From an uncultured Planctomycetaceae bacterium (GTDB lineage: Bacteria > Planctomycetota > Planctomycetia > Planctomycetales > Planctomycetaceae): a stretch of 64,000 nt of DNA. The DNA is taken from NCBI GenBank assembly GCA_963813715.1, contig CAWFAK010000007.1, positions 224,001 through 288,000 of the forward strand. The letters run 5' to 3'. The notes under the pieces are model-generated. The model did no database searches, had not been told where the DNA came from, and was given only the letters and a program-made list of their open reading frames with translations. The position numbers and the translations under genes are program-made. Positions 1-9,265 of this stretch are shown here, one piece after another; position 1 is the stretch's first letter, and each line of letters begins with the position of its first letter.

Positions 1-2
1 TC

Positions 3-371
3 ATGGCGGTTCAAACCTCGAACGAACTCATCCACAAGAAATGCTCCCCCTGCGAGGGCGGCGTGGCAGCGGTCCAGCCGGACGAGGCCAAGTCCCAGCT
101 TGAAAAGCTCCCAGGTTGGCGGATCTCGCACGCCGGCAAGCGAATTCGCAAGGACTGGACCGTAAAGAACTTCATGGCCGGGTTGGATTTTTTCAAACGC
201 GTCGGCCAACTCGCGGAGAGCGAAGACCATCATCCCGATCTGCACCTTGAAGGCTATCGCAACGTCTGGATCGAACTCTCGTCGCACGCAATCGGCGGAC
301 TGTCGGAAAACGATTTCATCCTGGCTGCGAAGATCAACGACCTTTCCGTCGAGCTGCAGCCGGCCAAGTAA
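3..371 (+). CDS. phhB: Pterin-4-alpha-carbinolamine dehydratase
   Basis: 122 aa ORF with N-terminal CxPC, EDHHPDL and GGLSENDFILAAKI motifs typical of the PCD family. Confidence 0.92.
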   Translation: MAVQTSNELIHKKCSPCEGGVAAVQPDEAKSQLEKLPGWRISHAGKRIRKDWTVKNFMAGLDFFKRVGQLAESEDHHPDLHLEGYRNVWIELSSHAIGGLSENDFILAAKINDLSVELQPAK

Positions 372-528
372 GCACTACCGCGAGCGGCCGGAGGCAGTTC
401 TCCGCGGCGCGGGAGCGGACGGGTGAAGCTATGAGGAGCGGTAAGAGGTAGGCCGAGCCGGTTGGTGGTTGTGCTTGAACGTGGTAAACGGAGTTTGTTG
501 CCAACCGTTTCCACAAAAGGACACCGCC

Positions 529-1549
529 ATGAAATTTGCCGGCTGCGACCTACACAAGCAGACTATCACGATTTGCGTCGTCGACCAATTGCGGCGGGTC
601 TTGGAGCGTCGGACCGTGCGTTGTGGCGAAGAGCGGACCATCCTGGCATTCTTCGAAAGACTCGGGGAGTTCGAGGCTGTCGTGGAAGCGACCGCCAGCT
701 ACGAATGGTTCGTGCGATTGATCGAGCCCGTGGCCCATCGCGTGTTGTTGGCCCACCCGAAGAAGCTGCGTGTGATTGCCGAGAGCACGCGTAAAAGCGA
801 TCGGCTCGACGCGCAAATCCTCGCGGAGTTCCTGGCCTTGGACATGATTCCGACGTCTTACCGGGCGACTCCGCGGCAGCATGAGCATCGACGACTGGTG
901 CGTCAGCGGGGCGGCGTTCAACGGCGATTGACCTCCGTCAAGAACCGTCTGCGCCGCATTCTCTGCGACTACAACGCGGATCGCCCCAGTCTGTTCACCG
1001 TGGACGGGTTGGCGTATCTCGCCCAAGTGCCTCTCTCGGGAGCGGATCGGTTCGCCGTGGATCAAATGGTCGAAGAGTTGCACTTCGGGCGGCGTCAGCT
1101 GCTGGCCGTCAACGCCCGGCTGAAGGAGTTCGCCGAGGCGGCGCCGCTTTGCGAGCAGGAAGGCGCGGACGCTGTTGCGGACGATCCCCGGAGTGGGCTT
1201 CGTGACCACCGAAGTTGTGCTGGCCGAGTTGGCAGACATTGATCGCTTCGGTTCGCAAAAGCGGGTCGTCGCTTACGCAGGGCTCTCACCGGGTCAACGC
1301 GAGAGTGCGGGCAAGAGTCGGGAGCTGCACCTGGAGAAGAACGGTTCGACGCTGCTGCGCTCGACGCTGGTGGAAGCCGCCTGGCGGCTGGTTCAGCACT
1401 CGTTACGTTGGCGTCGGATTTATGAACGATTGAAGTTGCGCGTGCGTGCCAAGAAGGCGATCGTCGCCGTGGCCCGCCGGTTGTTGTGCCTGATGACAGC
1501 GATCTTGAAGACGGGCCAACCCTACTCGCTCAGCCAGCAACCGACTTAA
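529..1549 (+). CDS. IS110-family transposase (DEDD RuvC-like + Tnp C-terminal domain); +1 frameshift near 1162
   Basis: GCDLHK, VVEAT and KSDRLDA (DEDD) in the first frame; IPGVG and YAGLSPGQRESAG in the second frame. Removing one G in gaaggcgcgg joins them as EQEARTLLRTIPG. Confidence 0.92.
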
Positions 1550-1800
1550 ATCCCTGACCTTGGCAGGAGAGCACAAAACAAAACATCGATCGAAAGCGCT
1601 GCGACGACCCACAGACGACCCCGCCCCCGGCCATGAAGGCGTTCCCTCAAAAGAGCGACCTTCGAAGGGTGAATGGGGCGTCTCTCGAAAGTCGGCTTCC
1701 TGGCGACATCGACGGACCTGTTCCAGACCGTTGGTGATCCCGAATAGATGGTTGAGCGTACCGCATCGCCCAGATCACCACTTCAAACGCAAAAACCAAC
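1550..1800 (+). ncRNA. Putative bridge/seek RNA of the IS1111 element (ends approximate)
   Basis: Stems 1613-1622/1675-1683 and 1635-1639/1659-1663 enclose an internal loop with CCCCGGCCA and GGGTG, which match the target. A second stem 1732-1739/1773-1780 encloses ATAGATG, which matches the element's right end. Confidence 0.7.
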
Positions 1801-1824
1801 CCTTGACGCTACCCTTCTCATAGA

Positions 1825-1915
1825 TGGCCGGGGCGCTCCGCGTAGCGGAAGCCCCGGAACGCCGGCCTAGCCCACCACTTGCCTCCGAGCCTTCAGGGAC
1901 ATTCGCCCGCCGAAT
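1825..1915 (+). repeat. REP-like repeat family A, copy interrupted by the IS
   Basis: TGGCCGGGGCGCTCCGCGTAGCGGAAGCCCCGGAACGCCGG... aligns over about 85 bp with sequence from 10937 onward. Confidence 0.85.
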
Positions 1916-2025
1916 CGGGCCGAGAGAGCTGGTGTGTCTGCGGCCTATTCAATTGAAGCGAAAGAGCTTTTTGGGTTTGCCTTCGTGGCGGCGCTGGTCA
2001 CGACCCTTTTCGATGTCGACACGAC

Positions 2026-3840
2026 CTAGTTCTTCGCCGCCTTCGCGCGAATGCAATACAGGTTGTCGACGCTGCGGAGGTAGATCGACCCATCGGCGAC
2101 GGCGGGCGAGGCCCAGAATTGCTCGCTCAGCTTGTTGGTGCTGAGCAATTTGAACTCCGGGCCCGCGTCGAGGACGTGCGTCGACCCCGCGTCGTCGAGG
2201 CAGAAAATCTTTCCCTCGGCGGCCCAGGGAGACGTCCAGAACGCGGCGGCCTCCGGAATGCGATGACGGTACAGCAGCTTGCCCGTCGCTTTGTCGTAAC
2301 AGGTCAAGAGGCCGCCGTTGTTCTTGAGAATGTAGACGTGACCGTTGTAGATCAGCGGTGACGCCTTTTCGGGACCGCCGCGCGACGTCGACCAGGCGAC
2401 CCCGGCGTTGGAGGTCTCGTTTTGTTTAAGCGTGAGGTCGCCCGACGCGCCGGCCTTCACCGCGTAGAGCCCGCCGCCCCCGCCGCCGTTCATGCCCATT
2501 CCCGGCTCCGAGCCGACGTAGAGCATCTCCGCGTCGCCAACCGGTGACGAGTAGCAACGGCCGCCCATCTCTAATTCCCAAAGCACTTTGCCCGTGGCCG
2601 GATCGTAGGAGCGGACCTTGTGGCCGCTGGTGACCAGCTCGGTGCGGACCTTGTTCTTCCACACGACGGGTGAGCAGTGGTTCGTGCGCTCGTCGCGGGA
2701 GACGCGCCACAGCTCCTCGCCCGTCTCGGCATTGAGAGCGACGAGGAACGACTTCTCCTCGTTGTCGATCTGCAGGTAGAGCCGCTCGCCGTCGAGCACA
2801 GGCGAGCTGGCGGGGCCTTGGCCCATCACCGTGGGAAACGATCCGAAGTCTTTCTTCCAAAGTTCCTTGCCGTCAAAGTCGTAGCAGTAGAGCCCGTGCA
2901 TGCCGAAATAGGCGAAGACGCGGCGGCCGTCGCTGACCGGCGTCTCGGTTGCGTAAGTATTGCTCTGTTGGATGGCGGTGCGTGGTTTTCCGTCGAGCGC
3001 GTGCTTGTCCCACAGGACTTTGCCCGTGTTGCGATCGAGGCAGACGACTTGCCAGTGATAGACGGCGTTGGGGATCCGTTCGCCCATGCCCCGGCCCATT
3101 CCACCGCCTCGGCCTCCGCGTCCGCCGCGGCGCCCGCCTCCGGGGCCTTCACGCAGCGCCTGCAACTGACCCTTCTGCTCCTGGTTCAGAATCCTTTCGA
3201 GCTTGCCGGTGGTGGTCTTCTGGAAGTCGTCGAGCTGCTTCTTCTGGGCGTCGGTCAGCTTCAGACGCTCGACGTCCGCCGCGGGCAGGACGCGTCCCGG
3301 CTCCGGCCGACGGAACCGAGGAGCCTCGTCTTCTTCCGGCGGCGCTTTGAGCGTCTTTTGTTGTTCTGGGGTGAGCAGCTTGGCGAGCTCGGCGTCGACT
3401 TCTTTTTGCAGGTCGTGGAGTTGCTTCTTCTGCGCGTCGGACGGCTCAAGCCGGTCCTCGAGAAACGGAGGCAAGAGCACGCCGGGCTGCGGGGGTCCGC
3501 CCGGACCGCCGCCGAATCCGCCGCGCCGGCCGCCGCCGCGACCGCCCGGGCCGCCCATACCGAACCCACGGGACGGCCGCGCCTGGTTCTCGGTGCTGGC
3601 GGTGGTCACGAAGACTTTGTCGCCGCACACAATGGGCGACGACCAGCCGAGCCCCGGGATTTTCGTTTTCCAGAGCACGTTGATGCTGGTCCCCCACTCG
3701 CTCGGGATAGTCGTGGCGGCCACGCCGTCGCTCTGCGGTCCACGAAACTGCGGCCAATCATCAGCCTGAAGCAAGGCCGCCGAAACGCCGACGACGAGCC
3801 ACGCGATTCCGATCGATTTACGGGTCGACTCGCCGATCAT
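2026..3840 (-). CDS. PQQ-binding-like (BamB-like) beta-propeller protein with Gly-rich/helical insert
   Basis: Signal peptide, DWPQFRGP, GWSSPIV, YATETPVSDG, ASSP, ASPAVADG. Confidence 0.88.
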   Translation of the reverse strand: MIGESTRKSIGIAWLVVGVSAALLQADDWPQFRGPQSDGVAATTIPSEWGTSINVLWKTKIPGLGWSSPIVCGDKVFVTTASTENQARPSRGFGMGGPGGRGGGRRGGFGGGPGGPPQPGVLLPPFLEDRLEPSDAQKKQLHDLQKEVDAELAKLLTPEQQKTLKAPPEEDEAPRFRRPEPGRVLPAADVERLKLTDAQKKQLDDFQKTTTGKLERILNQEQKGQLQALREGPGGGRRGGRGGRGGGMGRGMGERIPNAVYHWQVVCLDRNTGKVLWDKHALDGKPRTAIQQSNTYATETPVSDGRRVFAYFGMHGLYCYDFDGKELWKKDFGSFPTVMGQGPASSPVLDGERLYLQIDNEEKSFLVALNAETGEELWRVSRDERTNHCSPVVWKNKVRTELVTSGHKVRSYDPATGKVLWELEMGGRCYSSPVGDAEMLYVGSEPGMGMNGGGGGGLYAVKAGASGDLTLKQNETSNAGVAWSTSRGGPEKASPLIYNGHVYILKNNGGLLTCYDKATGKLLYRHRIPEAAAFWTSPWAAEGKIFCLDDAGSTHVLDAGPEFKLLSTNKLSEQFWASPAVADGSIYLRSVDNLYCIRAKAAKN

Positions 3841-4096
3841 GCGGCTCGGTCCTTTGCGAAGTGTGTTTGGAAAAGAAGTGCTCGCGAATACCTTGCCGGC
3901 GCCACAAGAGGGCGCCGAGCACCGGATATTACTGGAATCATGAGACCGCCGCAGCACGACGTCCGGCATCAAGTCCGCGAGCTTAATAGGAGATTAAGAC
4001 CGACATCGATTGTCCGAGATTGCCACTTCTTGGCCGCGAAGCTCGCCGTTGTGGCTGCCAATTATGGTTGGACGGTGTCCTACGAGACTTACGAGA

Positions 4097-4963
4097 CTAT
4101 TGAGACTGTCCCTCTTTTCGCGTCTCTGGTTCGATGTCCGTGGAGACGCTCAGGTCCTTCCACTTTCTGTCGGAGTCCATCTTCGCGAGATCATTCTGTT
4201 CCACAAAATGCACTGCGTCACTGCCGAGCAACAAACGGAGCGGCGGATCGTTCAGGCTTGCGATGTGGAGAACGGCGGCAGCCGCTTTGGCGGGATCGCC
4301 GGGTTGCTTGCCGTTATAGTCGCGCTGGAACCGCGCTGTTTTGCCTACCGTCGAATCGTACTCGGGACGTCCTGCGCGGATCGCCGTCGAAGAGCCTGCG
4401 AAGTCGGTTCGGAAACCACCCGGCTCGATGATCGTCACTTTAACACCGAACGGTCCGACCTCTTTGGAGAGCACTTCGGAGAAGCCTTCGACTCCCCACT
4501 TGGCGGCTGCATAAGGGGCCCGGCCCACCGGCCCGATTCGACCTCCAACTGAGGAGAACTGAAGGATATGACCAGCCCGTTGCTCCCGCATGAGAGGAAG
4601 CGCGGCCTTGGTGACGTTGATCACGCCGAAGAGATTCGTCTCAATCTGCGCACGAAACTCGTCGAGGCTTGTGTCTTCGATAGGACTGATGTCGCCATAC
4701 CCCGCATTGTTGACGAGCACGTCGAGCCGCCCAAATGCCTTTGTCGCTACGGCGACGGCATCGACGGCCGCCTGCTCGTTGGTCACGTCAAGCGCAACGG
4801 TTCGCACCTGGTCGCCATACCGCTCGATCAGATCGGCGAGTTGCGCTGGATTACGCGCCGTTGCAACGAGCTTGTGGCCAGCAGCGAGCACTGCATCCGC
4901 GAGTGCGCGTCCAAGGCCCCGAGAGCTCCCGGTAATCAGCCACACCTGTGACATCGGACTCAC
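4097..4963 (-). CDS. Short-chain dehydrogenase/reductase
   Basis: TGSSRGLG, NNAG, YAAAK motifs. Confidence 0.93.
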   Translation of the reverse strand: MSPMSQVWLITGSSRGLGRALADAVLAAGHKLVATARNPAQLADLIERYGDQVRTVALDVTNEQAAVDAVAVATKAFGRLDVLVNNAGYGDISPIEDTSLDEFRAQIETNLFGVINVTKAALPLMREQRAGHILQFSSVGGRIGPVGRAPYAAAKWGVEGFSEVLSKEVGPFGVKVTIIEPGGFRTDFAGSSTAIRAGRPEYDSTVGKTARFQRDYNGKQPGDPAKAAAAVLHIASLNDPPLRLLLGSDAVHFVEQNDLAKMDSDRKWKDLSVSTDIEPETRKEGQSQ

Positions 4964-5120
4964 CTTCTAAAATCATTTGTCATTGGTCGCATCAAGGAGA
5001 CAAGCGGCGGGCAACCGAGGATGCTCAAATGGCGATGAACAAACTCAGGTGAACGAAATCACGTGCGCGATTATGAGACGTCGAGCGCGGTTGGCCACCC
5101 TGCAATGAGTGGGCCGTCGG

Positions 5121-5542
5121 CTATTCCCCGACCGGGACGAGCAGCTTGCGTTCCGGCGGCGCGGACAGGAATTGCTTGAGTTCGGCCTGCAAGGTCGTGA
5201 TGTAGGGGCTCGTGAGATGCGCCTCCATATCAGCCAGGCTTTTCCAGCGTTCGTAGATCAGGTAACGCCTGGGTTCCTTGACGTCGCGGTTGACGTCATA
5301 GGCCAGGCAGCCTTTCTCCCGGTGAGCCTCCTTGGCGACCTTGGCGAAAGCCGCTTCGAGCTTTGCCTGCATGCCGTCCTTGGCCTGAAGGCTGACGATC
5401 CACGTGAAAGGCTTGGACGGGTCCTTCAATTCCGACTTGATCCGGGTGACGAGCGGGTTGGGTTCGGCCTGGTCGGCCCCCAGCGCCACCAATGGCCTGC
5501 CAGCAGACCAGCGACACCGGTCAGGAGTGTGGGGGACAACAT
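5121..5542 (-). CDS. Antibiotic biosynthesis monooxygenase (ABM/quinol monooxygenase-like) protein with signal peptide; frameshift near 5490
   Basis: EKGCLAYDV...YLIYERWKS...AHL motif; N-terminus MLSPTLLTGVAGLL lies in another frame. Confidence 0.8.
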
Positions 5543-5863
5543 GGGTGGCTCCCGGCGTAAGGTTCGATAGCGAGCGTCTTTGGTGCGATGATAGGAGCAC
5601 CAATGCCTTGCGGCAACGACGTGCACTCCCCTTACGCTGGAGTCGGCTGTCCGAAGCCGGACAGGGCGCAACGAGGTGATGCGCCATTCCCGCAATTCGG
5701 TCGTTTAACGGGGTTCCCGAAAAACGGTTGGCTTTGACGATACACGACAGATTCTCATCGGGCTCACAGCTTCGGTTATGTTGGACTGGAGCACGAGAGG
5801 CTACTTGGTGCCAATAGGCCGGGGACGCCCTTTAGGCCGTGGGCGTCAATTTGGCGATGCGCG

Positions 5864-6656
5864 TTATGAGGCCTGGTGAACCGATCTGCTCGGCGGCGCG
5901 AGCGAACGCGTCCGTCGCTCCGCGCAGCGCAGCGCCTCGACGTCGGTGAAGAGCGGCGCGTCGGTACGCAGCGTCGCCAGTCTCTTAAAGAGCAGCGCAC
6001 GCTCCAGGTGGTTGCCGAGGACGTGCGGCGGGAACTCATCGATCGCACCGTAGCGCGTGATCAATCTTGCGGCCGTTCTTGGCTCCGATTCTCGGAATCC
6101 CAGGATAACCGTCCGCTGCGTCGCCGACGAGCGCGAGGTAGTCGGCGATGTGCGACGGCGCGACACCGAACTTCGCGCGCACGCCCGCGTCGTCGCGAAT
6201 CTGCCCGCTCCGGCGATCGACCTGCACAACGCGCGCACCTGATACGCACTGGGCGAGGTCCTTGTCCGGAGTCCAGATGCAGACCTTATCGACCAGGGGA
6301 TCCTGCGCCGCAATGTGTGCGGCAGATGCCAACGCGTCGTCGGCCTCGAGTTCGACCATCGGCCACGTCACGACGCCCATTGCGAAAAGCGCCTGCTCGA
6401 GCGGCACGAACTGCGCGTGCAGCGCAGGCTCAATACCCTGCCCAGTCTTGTAGCCTGGCCAGAGATCGTTGCGGAATGATTCGATGATGTGATCCGTGGC
6501 CACGCCAATGTGCGTCGCGCCCTCTTCGAGCATCTGGATGACCGTTACCAGGACGCCCGCGACTGCCCCGAACGGCAGGCCCTTCGATGGGAGACGCCGC
6601 AGGCCGTAGTAGTGGCGAAACAGCTCGTAAGTGCCGTCGATGAGGTGAATGATCAT
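5864..6656 (-). CDS. Stand-alone 5'-3' exonuclease/flap endonuclease; frameshift near 6075, 3' end uncertain
   Basis: LIDGTYELFR, EADDALAS, DKDLAQ, LVGDAADGYPGI; continues in a second frame as TAARLITRYG...LATLRTD. Confidence 0.85.
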
Positions 6657-6896
6657 GTCGTGCAGGAATGCTCTCGACGAAGGCGATTTGAATTGCTCGG
6701 CGCGATCTGGCATGGTTGCGGCAACGTCGGGCACAATTGCCGCAGATCAAGGTTTAGTGCGAGATGCGTGCGCATCGGGTTGCTGGAGCTACCCTATTTC
6801 TCATTTGACGTCGTCTGTACCGCATGGAATCATCGACGGATCAACCGCCTGCACTCCCGAGCGGCACCCATCACGTCATTCTGCCGGAGACTCGCC

Positions 6897-9098
6897 GTGA
6901 AGACATCCGGTCGTGGTTTATTCGATTCGCTGCTATGCGGCATTGCCGTGGTGGCTGCCTGTGGCGGTCTGAGTGCCCAGGACCGGCTGCCGTCCATGCC
7001 GGGGTACGAGAACTATGAGAAGATGGCCAAGCAACTCCCCGGCGCGGTCAAGTCGGGGGCTATGTTCGTCACGTGGAAAGATGGCGGGAAAGCGCTGGAA
7101 TACCGCCACGACGGCAAGCGCATCCGAATCGACGTCGCGACCGGGAAATCGGAAGCCATGCCCGAGCCGAAGGACGGCGGCAAGGACAGACCAGGCTCCG
7201 GACCCGGCAGAGGGCGGTTCGCGGGCGGAAGGAACGGCGGTCGTGGCCGTGAACGCGGCGGACGGGGCGGCGCCGCCGCCGGCCGTGGTCGTCAAGCCAC
7301 TTCAAGCCTCTCCCCCGATGGTCAGTTCAAGGCGTTTTACCGCGACCGGAACCTTTGGATCTCCGATGCCAAAGGGCTGATCGAAATGCCCGTCACCACC
7401 GACGGGAGCGAGAAGAACCGGATCAAGAATGGCTCCGCCAGTTGGATGTACGGCGAGGAACTGGAGCAGCGGACCGCGATCTGGTGGTCGCCCGACGGCA
7501 AGAAGATTGCGTTCTACCGATTCGACGAGTCGAAGGTGTCCGATTACTTCCTGGCGCTCGACCAGACCGCGCTGATGACGCGGCTCGATGCCGAGCCGTA
7601 TCCGAAGCCCGGCGCCCCGAACCCGGTGGTCGATCTGTTCATCTATGACCTGGCGAGCAAGAAACTGACTCGGCTCGACGTCCGCGACGGCGGGCCCTTT
7701 ACCAACGACTCGATCGGGCATTACGTCTATCACGTCTCCTGGTCGCCAGATGGCAAAGAGCTGCTCTTCAACCGGACGAACCGTAAGCAGAACGCGATGG
7801 AGTTTGTGGCGGCCGACCCGGCGAGCGGGAAGTGCCGCGTGATCGTCCGCGAGGAGTGGCCGGCGAGCTGGGTCGAGAACACGCCGGCAATGCGGTTCCT
7901 CAAGGACAACCGCCGATTCGTCTGGTCCTCCGAGCGGACGGGCTGGCGGAACTTCTACCTCTACGACCTTTCGGGCAAGCTCCTGACGACGCTGACGAAC
8001 CACCCGTTCGAGGTAGCGGACGTCGTTCACATCGACGAGGGCGCTGGGTTGCTCTACTACACGGCCCACAGCGGCGATAATCCGATGAAGCTGCAACTGC
8101 ACCGGGTTGGCCTCGACGGCAAGGGCGATACCCGCCTGACCGACCCGGCCTACCACCACACGGTCGATTTCGCCCCGGACGGGAAGTCGTTCGTCAGTGT
8201 CATGCAGACCCACGATGCCGCGCCCGCCAGCAGACTTTTCAGGGCCGAGGGCAAGGTCATTGCCGACCTCGCCCGGAGCGACCTGTCGCGGTTCAAGCAA
8301 CTCGGGCTGCGCCCGGCCGAACTGGTCACGTTCAAGGCTGCGGACGGGGTCACCGACCTCTACGGTCTCTTGTATTTCCCGTCGAACTTCGACCCTTCAA
8401 AGAAGTACCCGCTGCTGGTTTCGGTGTACGCGGGGCCGCAGACCAACGCCGCGCGGGAGACGTACTCCTCCGCCCAAACGTTGGCCGAGTACGGGTTCCT
8501 CGTCGCGACCTTCGACTCGCGCAGCGCGGGCGGGCGTGGGAAGAAGTTCGTCGACGCGATCTACGGCAAGCTCGGGGTCGTCGAGATCGACGATCAGGCG
8601 GCTGGGGTGAAGTCGCTGTGGGACCGGCCGTATCTGGATAAGGCCCGCGTCGGAATCTACGGCACGTCGTACGGCGGGTACGCGTCCGTCATGTGCCTTT
8701 TGCGGCACCCGAACGTGTTCCGGGCCGCATGTGCGTCGTCGCCGGTCACCGACTACCGGCTCTACGACTCGATCTACACGGAGCGGTACATGGGCCTACC
8801 CCAGTCCAACAAAGCGGGCTACGACGCGGGCAGCGCGGTGGTCCACGCCAAGGACTTGAAGGGCCGACTGATGCTCTACTACGGCACGGCGGACAACAAC
8901 GTCCACCCGTCGAACTCGATGCAACTGATCCAGGCCTTGCAGCAGGCGGGGAAAAGTTTCGAGGTGCAAATCGGGCCGGATCGCGGCCACTCCGGGATCT
9001 CTCGGCCGCGGATGATGGAGTTCTTCATCGAGAACCTGGTGTTATCCGCACCGTCGAACAAACAAGGCCTGCCTTCGCCGCCACCAAAGTCCGGTTAG
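6897..9098 (+). CDS. S9B dipeptidyl-peptidase IV family serine peptidase, secreted
   Basis: Signal peptide, YGEE...WWSPDG, YPKPG, GTSYGG nucleophile, DNNVH. Confidence 0.92.
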   Translation: MKTSGRGLFDSLLCGIAVVAACGGLSAQDRLPSMPGYENYEKMAKQLPGAVKSGAMFVTWKDGGKALEYRHDGKRIRIDVATGKSEAMPEPKDGGKDRPGSGPGRGRFAGGRNGGRGRERGGRGGAAAGRGRQATSSLSPDGQFKAFYRDRNLWISDAKGLIEMPVTTDGSEKNRIKNGSASWMYGEELEQRTAIWWSPDGKKIAFYRFDESKVSDYFLALDQTALMTRLDAEPYPKPGAPNPVVDLFIYDLASKKLTRLDVRDGGPFTNDSIGHYVYHVSWSPDGKELLFNRTNRKQNAMEFVAADPASGKCRVIVREEWPASWVENTPAMRFLKDNRRFVWSSERTGWRNFYLYDLSGKLLTTLTNHPFEVADVVHIDEGAGLLYYTAHSGDNPMKLQLHRVGLDGKGDTRLTDPAYHHTVDFAPDGKSFVSVMQTHDAAPASRLFRAEGKVIADLARSDLSRFKQLGLRPAELVTFKAADGVTDLYGLLYFPSNFDPSKKYPLLVSVYAGPQTNAARETYSSAQTLAEYGFLVATFDSRSAGGRGKKFVDAIYGKLGVVEIDDQAAGVKSLWDRPYLDKARVGIYGTSYGGYASVMCLLRHPNVFRAACASSPVTDYRLYDSIYTERYMGLPQSNKAGYDAGSAVVHAKDLKGRLMLYYGTADNNVHPSNSMQLIQALQQAGKSFEVQIGPDRGHSGISRPRMMEFFIENLVLSAPSNKQGLPSPPPKSG

Positions 9099-9265
9099 GA
9101 AGAGTCCGAAGAGACCTCGCATCCGATTTGACACAGTCTTGGGAGTGTTGCGCGACCGGTCGCATCAATCAGCGTAACGCCGCACGCTGTCACCGTATCT
9201 GGCCGGTCGCCGGGGAAACCGCGGCCCCCCGCAAAACGCAACACGGCCCCTGTCCCGAGGCAACC

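Larger units (their letters stand above)
424..1824 (+). mobile_element. IS110-family (IS1111-group) insertion sequence, 1401 bp
   Basis: Sub-terminal imperfect IRs CTATGAGGAGCGGTA (429-443) and TACCCTTCTCATAG (1810-1823). ATG of the left IR is 7 nt from the left end; CAT of the right IR is 3 nt from the right end. Long non-coding region 3' of the transposase. Removing it restores GACGGG|TGGCCGGGG, as in the empty repeat at 10931. Confidence 0.9.

Noticed and set aside
1140..1180. Programmed frameshift in the transposase
   Set aside because: No slippery heptamer; IS110 transposases are normally single ORFs; the window has many similar indels
4081..4107. Short tandem duplications (TACGAGACT x2; also GGACAACGGCGAG x2 near 31651 and CCGCCAATGGC x2 near 19153)
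   Set aside because: Only two copies each, with no evident function
8693..9265. Long N-terminal extension of the amino acid permease, and similar extensions on the S9B peptidase and response regulator ORFs
   Set aside because: Overlap neighbouring genes or lack coding character; downstream starts with an RBS are more plausible
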